From Chiloscyllium plagiosum (lineage: Eukaryota), in NCBI RefSeq assembly GCF_004010195.1, contig NC_057718.1:43585970-43649969 (forward strand): 64,000 bases of DNA. The letters run 5' to 3'. Made by a program: the position numbers and the translations under genes. Positions 26,262-39,565 of the stretch are shown here, in pieces. The notes under the pieces were generated by a model that was given only the letters and a program-made list of their open reading frames with translations, made no database searches and was not told the origin of the DNA. Numbering within the stretch: the stretch's first letter is position 1; each line of letters begins with the position of its first letter.

Positions 26262-27966
26262 ATAAGTCATTATTTTTTCTACAAGTAAATTTATGGCAAG
26301 TATTTACAATTTGATGGTGGAGTATTACAGCTGGGTATTTTTTGACGGTCCCACTGTAGACGTTTGCCATGCCAATACATGTGGCTGAGTACAATTCAAG
26401 ATATTTTTCTCTACTTGAGTGTGCCATTCTAATGTCAGACAGTGTAGTCAGTTGTTTTTGAAAATGTTTTATTTTAGAAATCACTTATGTATGTTACATC
26501 TTATCTTGCATGTATTAAATGTAACAAGAACAGATAGATTGCATTTCTGAATGATAGCACAGCAGGCTAAATGAGTTTGCGATCCTCGCCTGAATCTATA
26601 CAGCTTGGTATGTTTTTCTATGTTAGCAGTGCAGTATAAATGCAAGTTATTGTTGGATGAATGCCAAAATTTAAAAGCATTTCAGCAATTGGTCATAAAA
26701 TGTCCTCGCCAATAAGGGCAACATATTAATGGTCTGGATTGTGCAGGAGCTGGGCATTTCATGGTGTGCTCAGTTAATTAAACATTTCTCTGCATCTTTC
26801 AAGATAAAAATATTTCTGAAAGTACAAGTAGATATTTGCATTCAAGGGCAACAGGGCATCGGGGACCTTTTCAACAAAAGGGCCAACAGTGTATCGCCTC
26901 CAAACAATGAGAGTTAAGGGCTGAGAAAAAGTGAATTCAATGTCACATCAGGTCTTTAAAGAATAATAAGGAAATGGAGAGAAAGATTGAATTAAGATAG
27001 GAAGGAAACATGAGAAACACATTCAAATTTAAAATTCAACGACAATTCACTACCTGAAAAAAATAAAACTATATTTTCAAGTGTTCACTTTTTAACAGTG
27101 ATGAACAACTACCAACAACTTATGCTATTATTTATGGGACTTAATTTTCTATAGCAAGCTTAATCAGCAATTAATATGGACATGCAACAACTTTATAAAG
27201 CTCATGAAAAGATTTAGGATATGCCACTTTCACAAGGCAGATGGCCTGACTGGAAAGAAACTTGTAGTGATTTACAGTTAACAGGCTCATACTCATGAAA
27301 AGTTGTTTGATTTCATAATAATATTCTGTGTATCATTTTTCAACAAAGTTAGGCCAATAATTTTGCTCAGGGCACACTCTCAAAAAAAAATTCTACTTGC
27401 TGCTGCTGCTACTTGTAACCATTTCTGTCAGAGATCTGCAGTCATAGTGTGCCACACATGCCTATCATGTGCCATTCTCACACATATGCACTTTATGTCA
27501 TCTGCAACCCCACTCTATGACATTTTTCATATGACTACACTTAAGTCAACCATTCTTTCTGCTGCCCTCCAATTTGCCATTGAGAGGTAACCTCTGGAGT
27601 TTTCCAACACTGAACAAATGACCAAAGTGCTGACATTTTATTTCTGGATGCCAATTTTTAAGAGTTCTATCTGCTGTTGCAATTCCAAGTGCTTCGTCGT
27701 TTGTCTTATGATTTGTTTATGGAACTTTAGATTCCACATTTCAAAATCCACTTGAGGCTTTGGAGAAATCCAATAAATATGTGAAGAATGGTAGCTCATC
27801 CAAATTGATCCAGTAAAATCTATCGTAAAATGTTGCGTTTGTGAGTATTGACTTCTAGTTATGTTTCATGATTAATGAGATAAAACCTTAAGCAAATGCT
27901 GTAGAATCCTGTTCTCGGTTTTTCTCCTTCATTAATTTCTTCCTCCTTTTCAGAATGGTACCTGCC

Positions 27967-28402
27967 ATGGCACAATGGTAATATTCTTGCCAGTCAGTCA
28001 GTAAACTCACAGTTCAATTTCTACTCTAGAGATATGAGCATATAAGCGATTTCTCAGCAATACTGAGGCAGGATGATGCACTGTTGGAGGTGCTATTTTT
28101 CATTGCAAACCTTAAACTGAGGCTTTATCTATTTAATCCATTGAAAACACAGGGGAAAAAATAGTACAATTCAAAGATCAGGAGGAGGAATTTTCTATGT
28201 GCCCTGACTAACATTTATCCCTCAACCTACATTTAAAAAAGATGATTAGGCAAATTTTCCCATTGCCATTTGTAGGAAAGTTGCATATTAGCTGCCATGT
28301 TCCCTATATTACAACTGTAACTACACTTCAAAAGTACTTAATTGACTGTAAGTGCTTTAGAATATCCTGGAGTTATAAAATATGTTATGTTAATGTAAGT
28401 TA
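27967..28402 (+). mobile_element. Deu-domain SINE (SacSINE1/AmnSINE-like), decayed
   Basis: tactgaggcaggatgatgcactgttggaggtgct..ttaaactgaggc..ctaacatttatccctcaacc..gctgccatgttccctatattacaactgtaactacacttcaaaagtacttaattgactgtaagtgcttt matches the recalled Deu-domain and tail. Confidence 0.75.
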
Positions 28403-28447
28403 TTACATTTTAAAATATGTTAAAAGCTTTATTTTTATTAATTATAG

Positions 28448-28604
28448 TTCCAAATCAGCAACCTATATCAACAGCGTGTTTAGAATTTGACTGCAGTTAA
28501 TATATCATGGAGTCTACCTGATGCACCAAACTCTAATAAGCTCACATATACATTGTGCAGAGATGGAGTACAAATTCATTCAGTTCAGGATACATATCCA
28601 TTTG
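28448..28604 (+). pseudogene. USH2A: USH2A exon 16 remnant (start of first FN3), disabled
   Basis: tatag|TT CCA. PNQQPIST/V*NLTAVNISWSLPDAPNSNKLTYTLCRDGVQIHSVQDTYPF. 2-nt deletion near 28475, TAG at 28481-28483, donor reads ctatat. Confidence 0.88.
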
Positions 28605-29158
28605 CTATATTTTTTTCCTGAAACACTAGAAGTACGTGAAGTACAGAAAATGTTAAAATTTGATGTAATTTTCATTAATTAATTTTCTTACATAATTTGA
28701 AGGAATTTATAAAACTTTAGAATAGATTTCCTTTATCTCTTTTTTTACTCCTTAATTTCAAATTACCAATATATGGTTAAGAGGACGGTCAGATTATTAT
28801 CAAAATTTTTTATTTAAGTGATCTGAACAACTCCTTGACACTTAGGTTAAAACAACGTAAAATGAACTTTATTACCCATACGTTAAGCTGTAATATCACC
28901 AATGGCAATTTCCACACTGCATTTTACAGTTAGATTACAAGTCTAAGTAGAAGTGAATGCTTCTCAAAGTGGATCAGAAGGTAGCTGTTTTGCTATTTCC
29001 TTATGTAAATTTTATTTGAAATCAGCTGTTTCAAAATTAAAGTAAATAATGCTACTTCAGGAGTCAGGCAGCTGAAGTAGGCATCCATGAACTTCTGACA
29101 TTAGTTTGATAGTTCTCATTCTTGTGTTAGTCATAAAGCTGGACATCATGTGTAGGAT

Positions 29159-29355
29159 CGAGAGTGTGGCGCTGGAAAAGCAGAGCAGGTCAGGCAGCAT
29201 CCGAGGAACAAGAGAATCGATGTTTCAGGCAAGAGCCCTGGGCTTTTTCCCGAAACGTCGATTCTCCTGTTCCTCGGATGCTGCCTGACCTACTGTGCTT
29301 TTCCAACACCATACTCTTGACTCTGATCTCCACTATCTGCAGTCCTCACTTTCTC
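29159..29355. mobile_element. Penelope-derived short palindromic insert
   Basis: Inverted arms; perfect 15-bp TSD catcatgtgtaggat at 29144-29158 and 29356-29370. Confidence 0.9.
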
Positions 29356-29719
29356 CATCATGTGTAGGATTGCAACAATTTAGTTTACTTTCTTAATATT
29401 AAACGTTAGAAAGGAAATGTTTTGAATGTAAATACAACTTGCAACAGTTGCAAAACCAGTTGAAATATTTTTATTGCAAATGATTTAAATAAACGAGTAT
29501 ATAACTTTTCTTTTTTAAAACTCTCAAAAGCTTCTGTGATACTGGTTTGGCATCTTACACAAGCCACTGTTATTAAATTGTGGCAAGTAATGTTCATGGT
29601 AGCACAAGGAGCAGTGTTGTTAGATATTGCTGGTTATCTTACTGGATTACTTCAATAGAGTATTGTTGGTTTTGTTTGGATCAATATCAGTTTGGTTAAA
29701 CTGACACCCTCATCAAATA

Positions 29720-29942
29720 GGAGAAAGTGAGGACTGCAGATGCTGGAGATTAGAGCTGAAAATGTGTTGCTGGAAAAGCGCAGCAGGTCAGGCAGCATCC
29801 AAGGAGCAGGAGAATCGACGTTTCGGGCATAAGCCCTTCNNNNNNNNNNNNNNNNNNNNNNNNNNNNNNNNNNNNNNNGTCGATTCTCCTGCTCCTTGGA
29901 TGCTGCCTGACCTGCTGCGCTTTTCCAGGAACACATTTTCAA
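29720..29942. mobile_element. Penelope-derived palindromic insert inside USH2A exon 17 (centre falls in an assembly gap)
   Basis: Near-perfect inverted arms; 12-bp TSD cctcatcaaata at 29708-29719 and 29943-29954. Confidence 0.9.
29840..29878. other. Assembly gap (N run) at the apex of a palindrome
   Basis: Run of N between inverted arms. Confidence 1.
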
Positions 29943-30639
29943 CCTCATCAAATACTTCAGGACCTATTGAGATATACATATTGAATCTACCACTCCAGGC
30001 ATCCTGTGTGTTAGGTGCATTATAAAGTCTTCCAGACATTTGTGACTTTGAATGATTTGATACCTTATAAAGGTACAATTTCACTGTCCAGGCTTGTACT
30101 AAGGGTGGGAACGAAATTGGAAACAAGCCTATTGTGGAAATAACTGAAACAGGCCCTACCTAAAGAACTGGGACACCAAACAATTAAAATGTTCAGCTCT
30201 ACAGAGCTCTTAATTGAACAGACTGCTTCTCCAGAACCTAATGGTAACCTATTTTCTAGCTTGCAAAGTCTAAGAGTATCATCATTAAATGAAAATGTTA
30301 AGCTTCACAAAGTGTGTGAAATGCTGAATTTGAACTAAAAGATTCAATTTATGTGAATTTTAATACTGATATTTAATTGAACTAATTCTTCAGACAATTT
30401 GTCTATCTCTGAAACTATAACAATGCTCAACATATACTTTTAAATGATAACATTATTGCAAACATTTTAGAGTTGGTACAACTTTTTACACTGATAACTT
30501 ATATATGTATATACTAGTTAATAGTGTTTTGACTATTGATTTTATGAATTCAAGATCAGGGCATTTCTTCAGGCCAAATAGGGTTACAAGACAGGGAGAT
30601 AATTGAATCAAGGTGGGATAAGCATATTGACGTAAAGAA

Positions 30640-30930
30640 AAGACTCAGACTTTTACAGCACAGAAAGATGTCATTTAGTCCATCATGTTTGTGCTGGTCA
30701 ACAAAGATTCCATCAACACTAATTCCATTTTCGAGCTCCTAGTGCTTAGCTCTGAGACAATGGCAGTGCAAATGAATATCTAAGTACTGTTTAAAAATTA
30801 TAAGAATTTCAAACTCAACTACTCTTTTATACAGTGGATTCTAGATTGTCCTCTTAACCTTTTACCTCTCATCTTAAATCTCTGCCCCTTGGTTATTAAC
30901 TCCTCTACTAACGGAAAAGTGTCTTCCTTC
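30640..30930 (-). mobile_element. Old CR1 3' fragment
   Basis: Similar to 13800-14110 (tacagcacagaaa..aagtactgtttaaa..ttaaatctctgccccttggttatt). Confidence 0.6.
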
Positions 30931-33900
30931 CTTTCCTTTCTGCCAACAGAAAGGGAGGCAGTCAGAAATCAGCAAGCTTTTACCCCCTTGATTATTGAAA
31001 TGAAAACAGTTGTTCACTTTTGAAAATGTTTTCCCCTCTTCAACTTAGAAATTCACAAAGTCGAATTTTTTTCAGTAACCTGTGCTTTTTATGAACTAAT
31101 TCATCACCAGCATTCATGTCCAGTATGATACTCAAAGATCTGCTTCAAACTTGCAAACAAGCCTTGAAGCTGTTAGCGTTGATTTTGCAACAATACTAGA
31201 AGCTGAGAGGCAAAAACATGGCATCAACTGTGAACTGTAATCATGGCACATGCCAATCATTGGCAACATTGACTTCGTAAAAGAGGTCAACGGTGAAAAC
31301 AACAACTTACAATAACACTTGTTCATTTCTTCATGTTGGCGCTTGTATCAGAATGTGCTTCTGATGAATTGATCTCTTTGGCCATCAGCAGATGTGCACC
31401 ATGTGAAACTACGTCATCCCAAAGATTTGCTGCATGTCCATCACCTTACACAGATGAAAGGATGTCAACAGCACAAAAGCATCTCCTTTGCATACTTCAG
31501 GATTGCCATGCCTTGGAACATATTATTTTCTCCCAATGTGTATCCCATCTGCCCCATGTAGGGGCATGTGCATGAGGTGAAGGTAGCTGGTCCTCCTGTT
31601 GCTGGGGCAGTTGGGGCAGTCATCTCTGCTTTGAGATTTAGCACAGGTAGGAGCTTAAGCTACACAAGCTGCTCCCATGCTTTAGTGAAGGCTGGGTAGC
31701 TGAGGATGAGTGAAGTACTAGAGAGGTGAAGTGCTTTCCAAGCACCATTGAAGGAGGGAAAGCATTCTTGAGAGAAGAATTGCTTTGAACAGCAGTCCCC
31801 CAGTGACCAGGACTGTTGCTGTTCAGTGTGAGTTGGCAATGCCTTCAAAAAGCTTGTCAGTTTCTCTTAGGACATTTTCATCTTGCCTGAGCACTCTCCT
31901 CAGCAACCTTGGAGAGTTGCTAACAAAAGGGGAAACGTGTTCTACTCTTGTAAAAGAACTCTAAGTATGAGAAGGCTAGACAGCTCCAAGTGGGCAAAAC
32001 ATAACAGGTGCCTGGAGAGTTGAGGATTCAGGGGAGAAGGACCTCATAATTGGTTTCTTATCAATCTCAACAGGCTGTTAATTACTACTCACTGGTTCAA
32101 GGGGTCCCCTGTTCACTTGCAGCCTTGTACAGGAAAAGCTAGATGACGGTGGATCACATGGAGATCCTGACCAGGCACCACTTTTTCCTTCCCATCCCAC
32201 TGGCCCCCAGTCCCCCAGCTGTGTAATGGCTTGTGTAACTTCTTTTCAGTGAGGCAGAATTGTTATACATCAAGACACTGAAGTTGCAGATTTGGTTAAC
32301 CCTGCACCAGATAGGTAGCATAATTTCTTTTGGAGCAACAAAGAAAGAATTAGGAATAAAATGGGGAAAGCAAGCAGACTATTGGAAATCGGGTGGCCAG
32401 ATTCTGTGAAGGAGTTGTTTCCTCAATATTGCATCCAAGTCAGCAAACATGAATCTCTAAGATCCTAATTAAGCTTTGGCTCACTTACAATCATATTACC
32501 ACCAACTGTAATCCTGAAAGGAAAATGGTCTAGGATATATATACCTCTGTGATCATTGCCAATGCTGCTATGTCATTAGACAGCATGAGAAACCTTTTCC
32601 AGTGTAGCTTCCTTTCAGTCCTGTAGTAGAATGGCTTATCTGTCTGTGTTGGCTTTATCCAACTGCCTCGCTAAAATCAGACAGAACTCAACACAATGAG
32701 GCAAATAACTTATCATGATAAGACATGCAGTCATGATCCTCTGGGTGAGTGTCAAGAGTTCTTCTTGAGTTGTTGGCTGACTTTCTGTGAAATGTTCTGT
32801 TCAGTCTCAATCATTCTTTAGCCAGGAATATAAATGTATCCTTAGAGGACAAGCCTGACATTGGCTTTAAAAATGTTTTCACACTGGTAGAACTGCTTCT
32901 ACAAGTATATATTATCCTGACAGAGTTTGATGGAAGTATTACTCAGGTGACAAACAGGCTTTTGTGATTTAACGAAGCAACCAAACAAACACTAATCAAT
33001 ATTGTTTTAAAAGGGTCACTAAATTTATAACTGCTTGTTCCTCCAATAATATTGAATGCACAACAGATATGTATTAGAATTATTCTGAAAATAAAAGTCT
33101 CAAAGACACGGAATTCATTTTGGAAAATAAACCACCTCCAAGACTACTTTTGGGAATATGGTTGTAATAGAATCCATCAAAATATGTATCTGTTGATATA
33201 CAAAAAAAATGCAATGGATCAACCTTCTATATTTATTTCTGGATTTTTGCTTACCTGCAGCTTAACTCTTGCAATTCTGATGTGTGAACAAAAAAATAGC
33301 TTGCAAATAAGTGTTAGATCCCAGTAAAATCAAATGCAAATGAAAACATTCCTTATGATTTTCTTTCACTGTTATTTTACAACTGAAATCATTTGTGACA
33401 AATAAGAATTCATATCAATATGGTAGGGTAGAATTTTAATTGCCAAGAGGAGGGGTTGTCCTGATGTGGGTGGATAATTAAAGTCCTGGAATGTGACATT
33501 GAGTGAGCATCCTGACAAGAACCCACCCACATCTGGATTTAACCAGATGGGTTTGCGGACGAATAGCAAACCCATATGGAAGTTGCATGTAAGAAATTTC
33601 TACTTTGAAGTTCCTAGTTCATTGAGGATTTACCCCAACATCATGGTTTCAACAGCCAGCATATGGACTGACTCACCCAGGTCAAGAAAGTGAGTGAGCA
33701 ACAGATTGGGAAGATTTTGAACAGAGAAACTAAAGAATTGCAACCATGCCTGACTGACAGAATGATGCTTGTGTCTCTTTTGAGAATTTCCTTTTGTTGC
33801 TTTTGGAACTTTGCAGAAGCCAATTTATCCGTCTTGGACTTCATTGCCTTGATCTGTACCTTCTTGTTATCAAACTTCACTGAAGGAGGGTGGCATGGGA

Positions 33901-34464
33901 GTGATGCATGCAACTCCAACTTGGACCTCTTTCGAAGAATGAGAGGAGCAGCAACAACAATGGAAGCAACACTAGCAGTAACACCAGCTGCCTTGTCTTC
34001 AGGCATCTGCCATTCTATAGGGCATAGGGGATGGAGCTGAGATCCAGCTTGAAAGAAAAGAGGCCCTTATACTGGGAATATTGGCTGAGGATCAACTCTC
34101 TCCTTGTATGTGACATCCAAAATCGACTTATCATTGAGCAGGAAGAATATTTTGTCAGTGACTGTCAGAGGGACTATCACTGGAGGGATGTCTTTCCTTG
34201 CCCATGACCTTCTCTGACTCTCCCAGAAATTCTGTAATCTCTTCTCGACAGGAACAGAAAACAGTGTTATGAATATGAGAAATGGATTGGGTGTGGGTGA
34301 GGGAAGGACATTATTTGGGTTTGGGATGGCACAAATATTAAGGTGAGTGTCTGTTGGCTGTTCATATATGAGGAGTAGTGCATCCGGTGTGTTGGTGGGA
34401 GTAATGTTTTGCAGGAGAAGTTGGGAAAGTTGGTGTATATACTTTGATATGTGAAAGTGTTAAG

Positions 34465-34600
34465 TCATTCACCTTTCATTGATCCTTTTAGCATACTATA
34501 TACAGTTTTGAAGGACAAGAGTTCTGTTACTGATTACCTCAGTGCATCCAAGGCTGTTCTGATCATTCTTGGGAAACATCATTACACTTCACTTCCTCAA
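34465..34600 (-). mobile_element. PIF/Harbinger Myb/SANT-protein relic
   Basis: The minus strand reads EVISNRTLVLQNCI*YAKRINE, resembling the EV.....R.W.QCRKR.NDL helix of Harbinger Myb/SANT ORFs. Confidence 0.45.
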
Positions 34601-34939
34601 ATCCCACAGCAGGATTGCCAGGTAATTGCTAGAAGACTGGTGGTAAAGCTTTCACAAGTATCCTGCCCACAGAAATCAGACTACTGTTCAGCCATCAATA
34701 GTCTGTCGGTATCCCTTCAGATTGACAGGTTTGACATATCCACCTAACTGCCCTCTCTGTTTGACCAGGAAAGCTGAAAGTGGACAGGGATGCAAATGCT
34801 ATGACTAAGTTTCTTCTTAATTCATTGTTGGGCATCACTGGCAAAACCAGCATTTGTTGCCCATTCATGATTACTCTTGAACTGTGTGACTTGTTAAGAC
34901 TTTCAGAGGTCACTTTTAAGAATCAACCACATGGCAGTA

Positions 34940-36157
34940 AGTCTGGTGAGGTAGGAGTGATAGTCCTTGACATCAAGGCCACATTTGACCAAGTGTGGCA
35001 TCACAGAGTCTGAGCAAATATGGACTCAATGCAAATCAGGAGGTATCCTCTCAGATGTTTGGAGTCATGCCTGGTACAGTGGAAGATGATGAGTTTTTGG
35101 AGTCAGTCATCTTAGCTCCAGGACATCTCTACAGGAAGTTTTTCAGATCAACCTGTTCAGAGATATTATTACACACCTCTGGAGTCAGTAGGACTTGATC
35201 CCAGCCTCCTGGCTGCCACTGTTTCACAAGAGCCCCAGTTCTTTGGGGTAATGTTCTAGGCCCAACCATCTTCACAAATGGCCTTCCTTTCATCATAAAG
35301 TTAGAAGAAGGATGTTTACTGATGATTGCACAAAGTTTGGCATATTCATAACTCCTGTGATAATAAGTGCAAAAAGAACAGGACAATATTCAGACTTGTG
35401 CTTAAAATGGGAAGGAACATTCGCGCCACACAAGAGCTAGGCAATGACCATCTCCAGTAAGTGACAGCCTAACTTTGACATTCAATGGTGTTACCATCAT
35501 TGAACACCCCATTACCATCGAGCAAAAACTCAACTGGACTCACTACATAAATGCAGTGGCTACAAGAGCAGATCAGAGGTTTGGGATGATGCAGCAAGTA
35601 ACTCATCTCCTGACTCCTAAAATGCATCCACCATTTTCAAAACACAAGTGGCAAGTGTAATGGAATATTCCCCACTTGCCCAAATGAATGCAGCTACAGC
35701 AGCACTCAAGAAACTTGACGCCATCCAGGGCAAATCAACCTGCTTGATTGACATCTCAACACAACCATTCAGTCACTCCCTCACTGAAGCTCAGTTGCAG
35801 CAGAGTGTCTCATCAACAAAATAACCTGCAGATATCTGCCAAAGGTCCTTGGACAGCACCTTCCAAACCTATGACCATCAAAGGTTGTGAAAGACAAGGG
35901 CATCAGATACCTGGGAAAATCTGCAAGTTCCTCTCCAAGTCACACACCATCCTGACTTAGTTATATATCAGCGTTCCTTCACTGTCACTGAGGCAAAATC
36001 CTGGAATTCCCTCCATAATAGCATTGTGGGACTGCCTACAGCGCATGGACTACAGCAGTTCAAGAAGGCAGCTCACCACCACCTTCTCTAGGGCAACTTG
36101 GGATGAACAATAAACATTGGCTAGTTAGCAATGTCCATATGCCACAAATGAATGAAT
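34940..36157 (+). mobile_element. Old CR1/L2-group LINE, RT plus 3' end
   Basis: GEVGVIVLDIKATFDQVWH (RT motif), gttctaggcccaaccatcttc (VLGPTIF), ggatgtttactgatgattgc (FxDD), tail aatgaatgaa. Confidence 0.8.
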
Positions 36158-36269
36158 AGAGATCTGAAATCACATTTCTTTGCTTGAAGAATTTAGTGAA
36201 CCAGATTGGTGGTTGTCTTGATCAACATTACTGACACTAGCTTTTATGTTCAAAATTCATTAAAATTTT

Positions 36270-36592
36270 AGAATCTATGCAGTGTGGAAACAGGTCCTTC
36301 GGCCCAACAAGTCCACATCAACCCTCCGAAGAGTATGCCACCCAAACCCGTTCCTCTACATTTACCCTGAGTAATGCACCTAACCTACACATCCCTGAAC
36401 ACTATGGGCAACTTAACATGGCCAATCCACCAAACTTGCACATCTTTGGAATGTGGGTGGAAACCAGAGCACCTGGAGGAAACCCATGTAGACAGAGGGA
36501 GAATGTGCAAACTCCACACAAACATTTGCCTGAGGCTGGAATCGAACCCAGATCCCTGGCAGTGTGAGGCAGCAGTGCTAACCACTGAGCCA
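36270..36592 (-). mobile_element. HE1-type V-SINE
   Basis: tggctcagtggttagcactgctgcctcac head, gggttcgattcc B box, V-domain, CR1 tail. Confidence 0.9.
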
Positions 36593-38678
36593 TTAAATTT
36601 ATTAAAATTAATTTAATTCAAATTCTGCTTGCTGCCATGGTGGAGTTTAAACTCATGTCCTGCAGAGCATTATCCTGGGAGTCTGGATTACTAATCCAAT
36701 GATATTACCATTGTGCTACCAGGCATAGCCCACTATTGCTGCAAATAAACCCATTACCAGCCCACCTTATTATGAGAATCTTTTAGGATTAAGTTGCACC
36801 CCATAGACTCTTATAACGCAAATGGAAATGAGTACAGGTTTTAGTGAAACTGCTTTGCCTTCTATTAAAAATTAGAGTCTTTCAACATACCTAAACTGTA
36901 ATGATATCGAATTAGACGTACAGGTTTGATTGAGAAGTAAGCGTTATTAGTTAAGCAGGACACACATATACATTAAAAACATTTAAAGATAACGATTTAT
37001 ATAGAAGTTAACTATTGAAGACAACATTGTAACCAGCAAAACAAAAGGTCCGCTTTGAAATTAGAAAATACCTAGAACAGACACATATGCTATTAACTAA
37101 GTTAATAATTCATACTCAACACAGACAACAAACATATCGCAAATACAAGAAGTGTAAAACCAATTTAATAATTGAAAAGAAAACCTGAAAAGAAATATAG
37201 CAACATCACTCTTTGACATGAAAATAAGGTATTAATTACAAAAGGAATACTGAGACCATCCAACTAATAAGATCGTAATCGTATTATTACTAATTAAAAA
37301 TTAATTAATTAATCTTATTATGGCTAAGATCCTAATCACATGAATGTCATTTGAAACAAAGTGAGACAGTGCACATAAAGACAAGGATGTGGATCACGTT
37401 TACTGAAAATTCCAAAATGAAGGATTACTTTAAATTTGAAAGAATGCGAGAGACATGAAAAGAGTAGAAATTGCAAACAAATTGACTGGATAAAATCTCA
37501 CAACCTTATAAGGGAATCTTCACTGAATAATTAAGGAACAACGTTAAATGATACAGCCTTACATGAAAGTGGTACAGACATATACAAAATGGTTACATCT
37601 ACATTTGTAGGAGTAATCCAATTAATATAAAAATAAAAATCTTTTCACTGAAATTTCACAAGTATTAGAAACCTGCAATAATATTTCAAAAAATATTTTC
37701 TCCTACCCGAGAGACGTTATCTTACTTGCTCTTTACTTTAAAGTTCTACTTCAAACGTAAAATATTCTATTCTTAGCTATTCTTATATATTCCTAAATGT
37801 AATTAGATATTGTCAAATAGTTATAACTAATATCAGACTTGATTCTATTTAGATTGTTATCACATAATATGATTGCTTTTAGCATAGCGATATACTTATC
37901 CATTTAATTTCTGTCAATAAAATTGCAAAATTTGCAAATGGTCTCACTAAGAGAACAACAGAAACAAACCCTATTCTCTATATAGCCCTCATGGGAAAAA
38001 ACATTCTGGAGAGAAAAGTCCCAGACCCTTAAAATATTTGGGATGTTCGTAGTGTAACTAAGACTTAATAAAATTACACAGACTCTTTGAAGAAGGAAAA
38101 CAGTGTTGGGCTGCTTCTTCTCCTGTGGTATGGTTATGTCAATCCTATGGATCCAAGATGAAGCATTTGTGGAATGAACTAGGTTGAACTCAGTAGACAG
38201 AAGTCATCAGCGATATACTTCTGATCTTCATTAGCTCCAAGTAGGTGATAAAAGCTATAAATCACTTCAGATGGCACCTAATCAGTTAAGAACATCTTTA
38301 CGCTTGTGTGTTGTAATAAAACCTATTTCATCTGGGAAATGTTGGAGAAACTCAGGTCTGGTAGCTTTTGTGGAGGGAGAAGTAGAACTGACTTCTACCA
38401 AAAATTGGCTTAGTGTCAATTTCGAGGATGTTCATGGCTGTTTCTCTCCATGGGCTTGAGAGAGCTATCTCATACATTGTTATGCTTCCCACCTTGTTAT
38501 GTATGCACCACACCTCTATGGTGCTGCTCATGGGCTACCTTGTGCTTACTTTCAACAGGAGCACTTTCCATTGTCAGGACTTTTAAGATTCCAGGTTCTG
38601 CCCCAGCTATGGGCCAAGTTAATTGCTGCAAGCCAGGAACTGCCCTTCATAGTTACTGTATCAGAAGAATTGTCCAAG

Positions 38679-39565
38679 ATGGCTGACAGCAGCAAGCTGG
38701 CATCTTGATTGCCTGATTGGAATCTCAATGTTTTGTGAAGAGGTGGGTTGCCCTCTTTCCTCAAGACCATTAACAGAGACTACAGCAACAGACACTGCCA
38801 GCTTGGTCTGAAATTACCACCTGGGTCAGTGCAATATCCACAATCTAGAGAAATGTCAGTAATGCAGGAAGCAGCTGAATGATTTTCTGTTCTTTGCAAG
38901 TATAAATGTTACCACCTTCTCTCTGCTATTTCACACTCACTGTAACTGTGTTATTGCACCCAAATTCAAATCAGGCTCATGGTCAACCAATATTGCAACT
39001 GCAGGCAGCATCTTCCCTCACTCTTTCTCACCCATCCTAACCCCTAGAATGTTATGCCTACATGTACTCTGTGTTGCCTACTCGGGATACCTCATCCGTT
39101 TCCCTTTACCTGCATCAGGACTAAAAACTGTGTCACCCATTTTCATAGAATCATAGAATGCATATGGTGTGGAGGCAGACCATTCAGCCCATTGAGTCCA
39201 ACCCTCCGAAGAACATCCCACTCAGACCTGCCCACCTACCCTATCCCCGTAACCCCACAGTTCTCATGGCTAACTCGCCTAGCCTGCAAATTCCTGGACA
39301 CTATGGGCAATTTAACATGGCCAACCCACCTAGCTTGCACATCTTTGGACTGTGGGAGGAAATCAGAGTACCCAGAGGTAACCCACGCTGACACGGGGAG
39401 AATTTGCAAACTCAACACAGACAGTTGCCTGAGGGTGGAATCGTACCTGTGTCCCTTGCGCTAAGAGGCAGCAGTGCTAACCACTGAATTTCATCTCACT
39501 TAATTCCTCCCTTTTGTGTTATTCCAGGAGAAAACATCCCATAGTCAGGTGAGGAGAGCCAAGGC
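38679..39565 (+). mobile_element. PIF/Harbinger Myb/SANT accessory gene relic (two exons, HE1 SINE in the intron)
   Basis: MADSSKLAS*LPDWNLNVL..QQQTLPAWSEITTWVSAISTI*RN/Q*CRKQLNDFL; second exon ccag|GAG AAA ACA TCC CAT (EKTSH) at ~39528. Confidence 0.6.
39143..39487 (-). mobile_element. HE1-type V-SINE
   Basis: Same family as 36270-36592; (catagaat) tail. Confidence 0.88.

Larger units (their letters stand above)
29521..30243 (+). pseudogene. USH2A: USH2A exon 17 remnant (FN3), disabled and interrupted by a Penelope-derived insert
   Basis: FCDTGLASYTSHCY*IVASNVHGSTRS ... [insert 29720-29942] SNTSGPIEIYIL ... YNFTVQACTKGG ... FSSTELLIEQTASPEPN G|gtaacc. TAA at 29574-29576; acceptor reads AA; several frameshifts. 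Confidence 0.88.

Noticed and set aside
36822..38090. Reading the anomalous segment as one ORF under a stop-reassigned genetic code
   Set aside because: It needs all three stops reassigned, which opens any sequence, and the resulting peptide resembles nothing I recognise.
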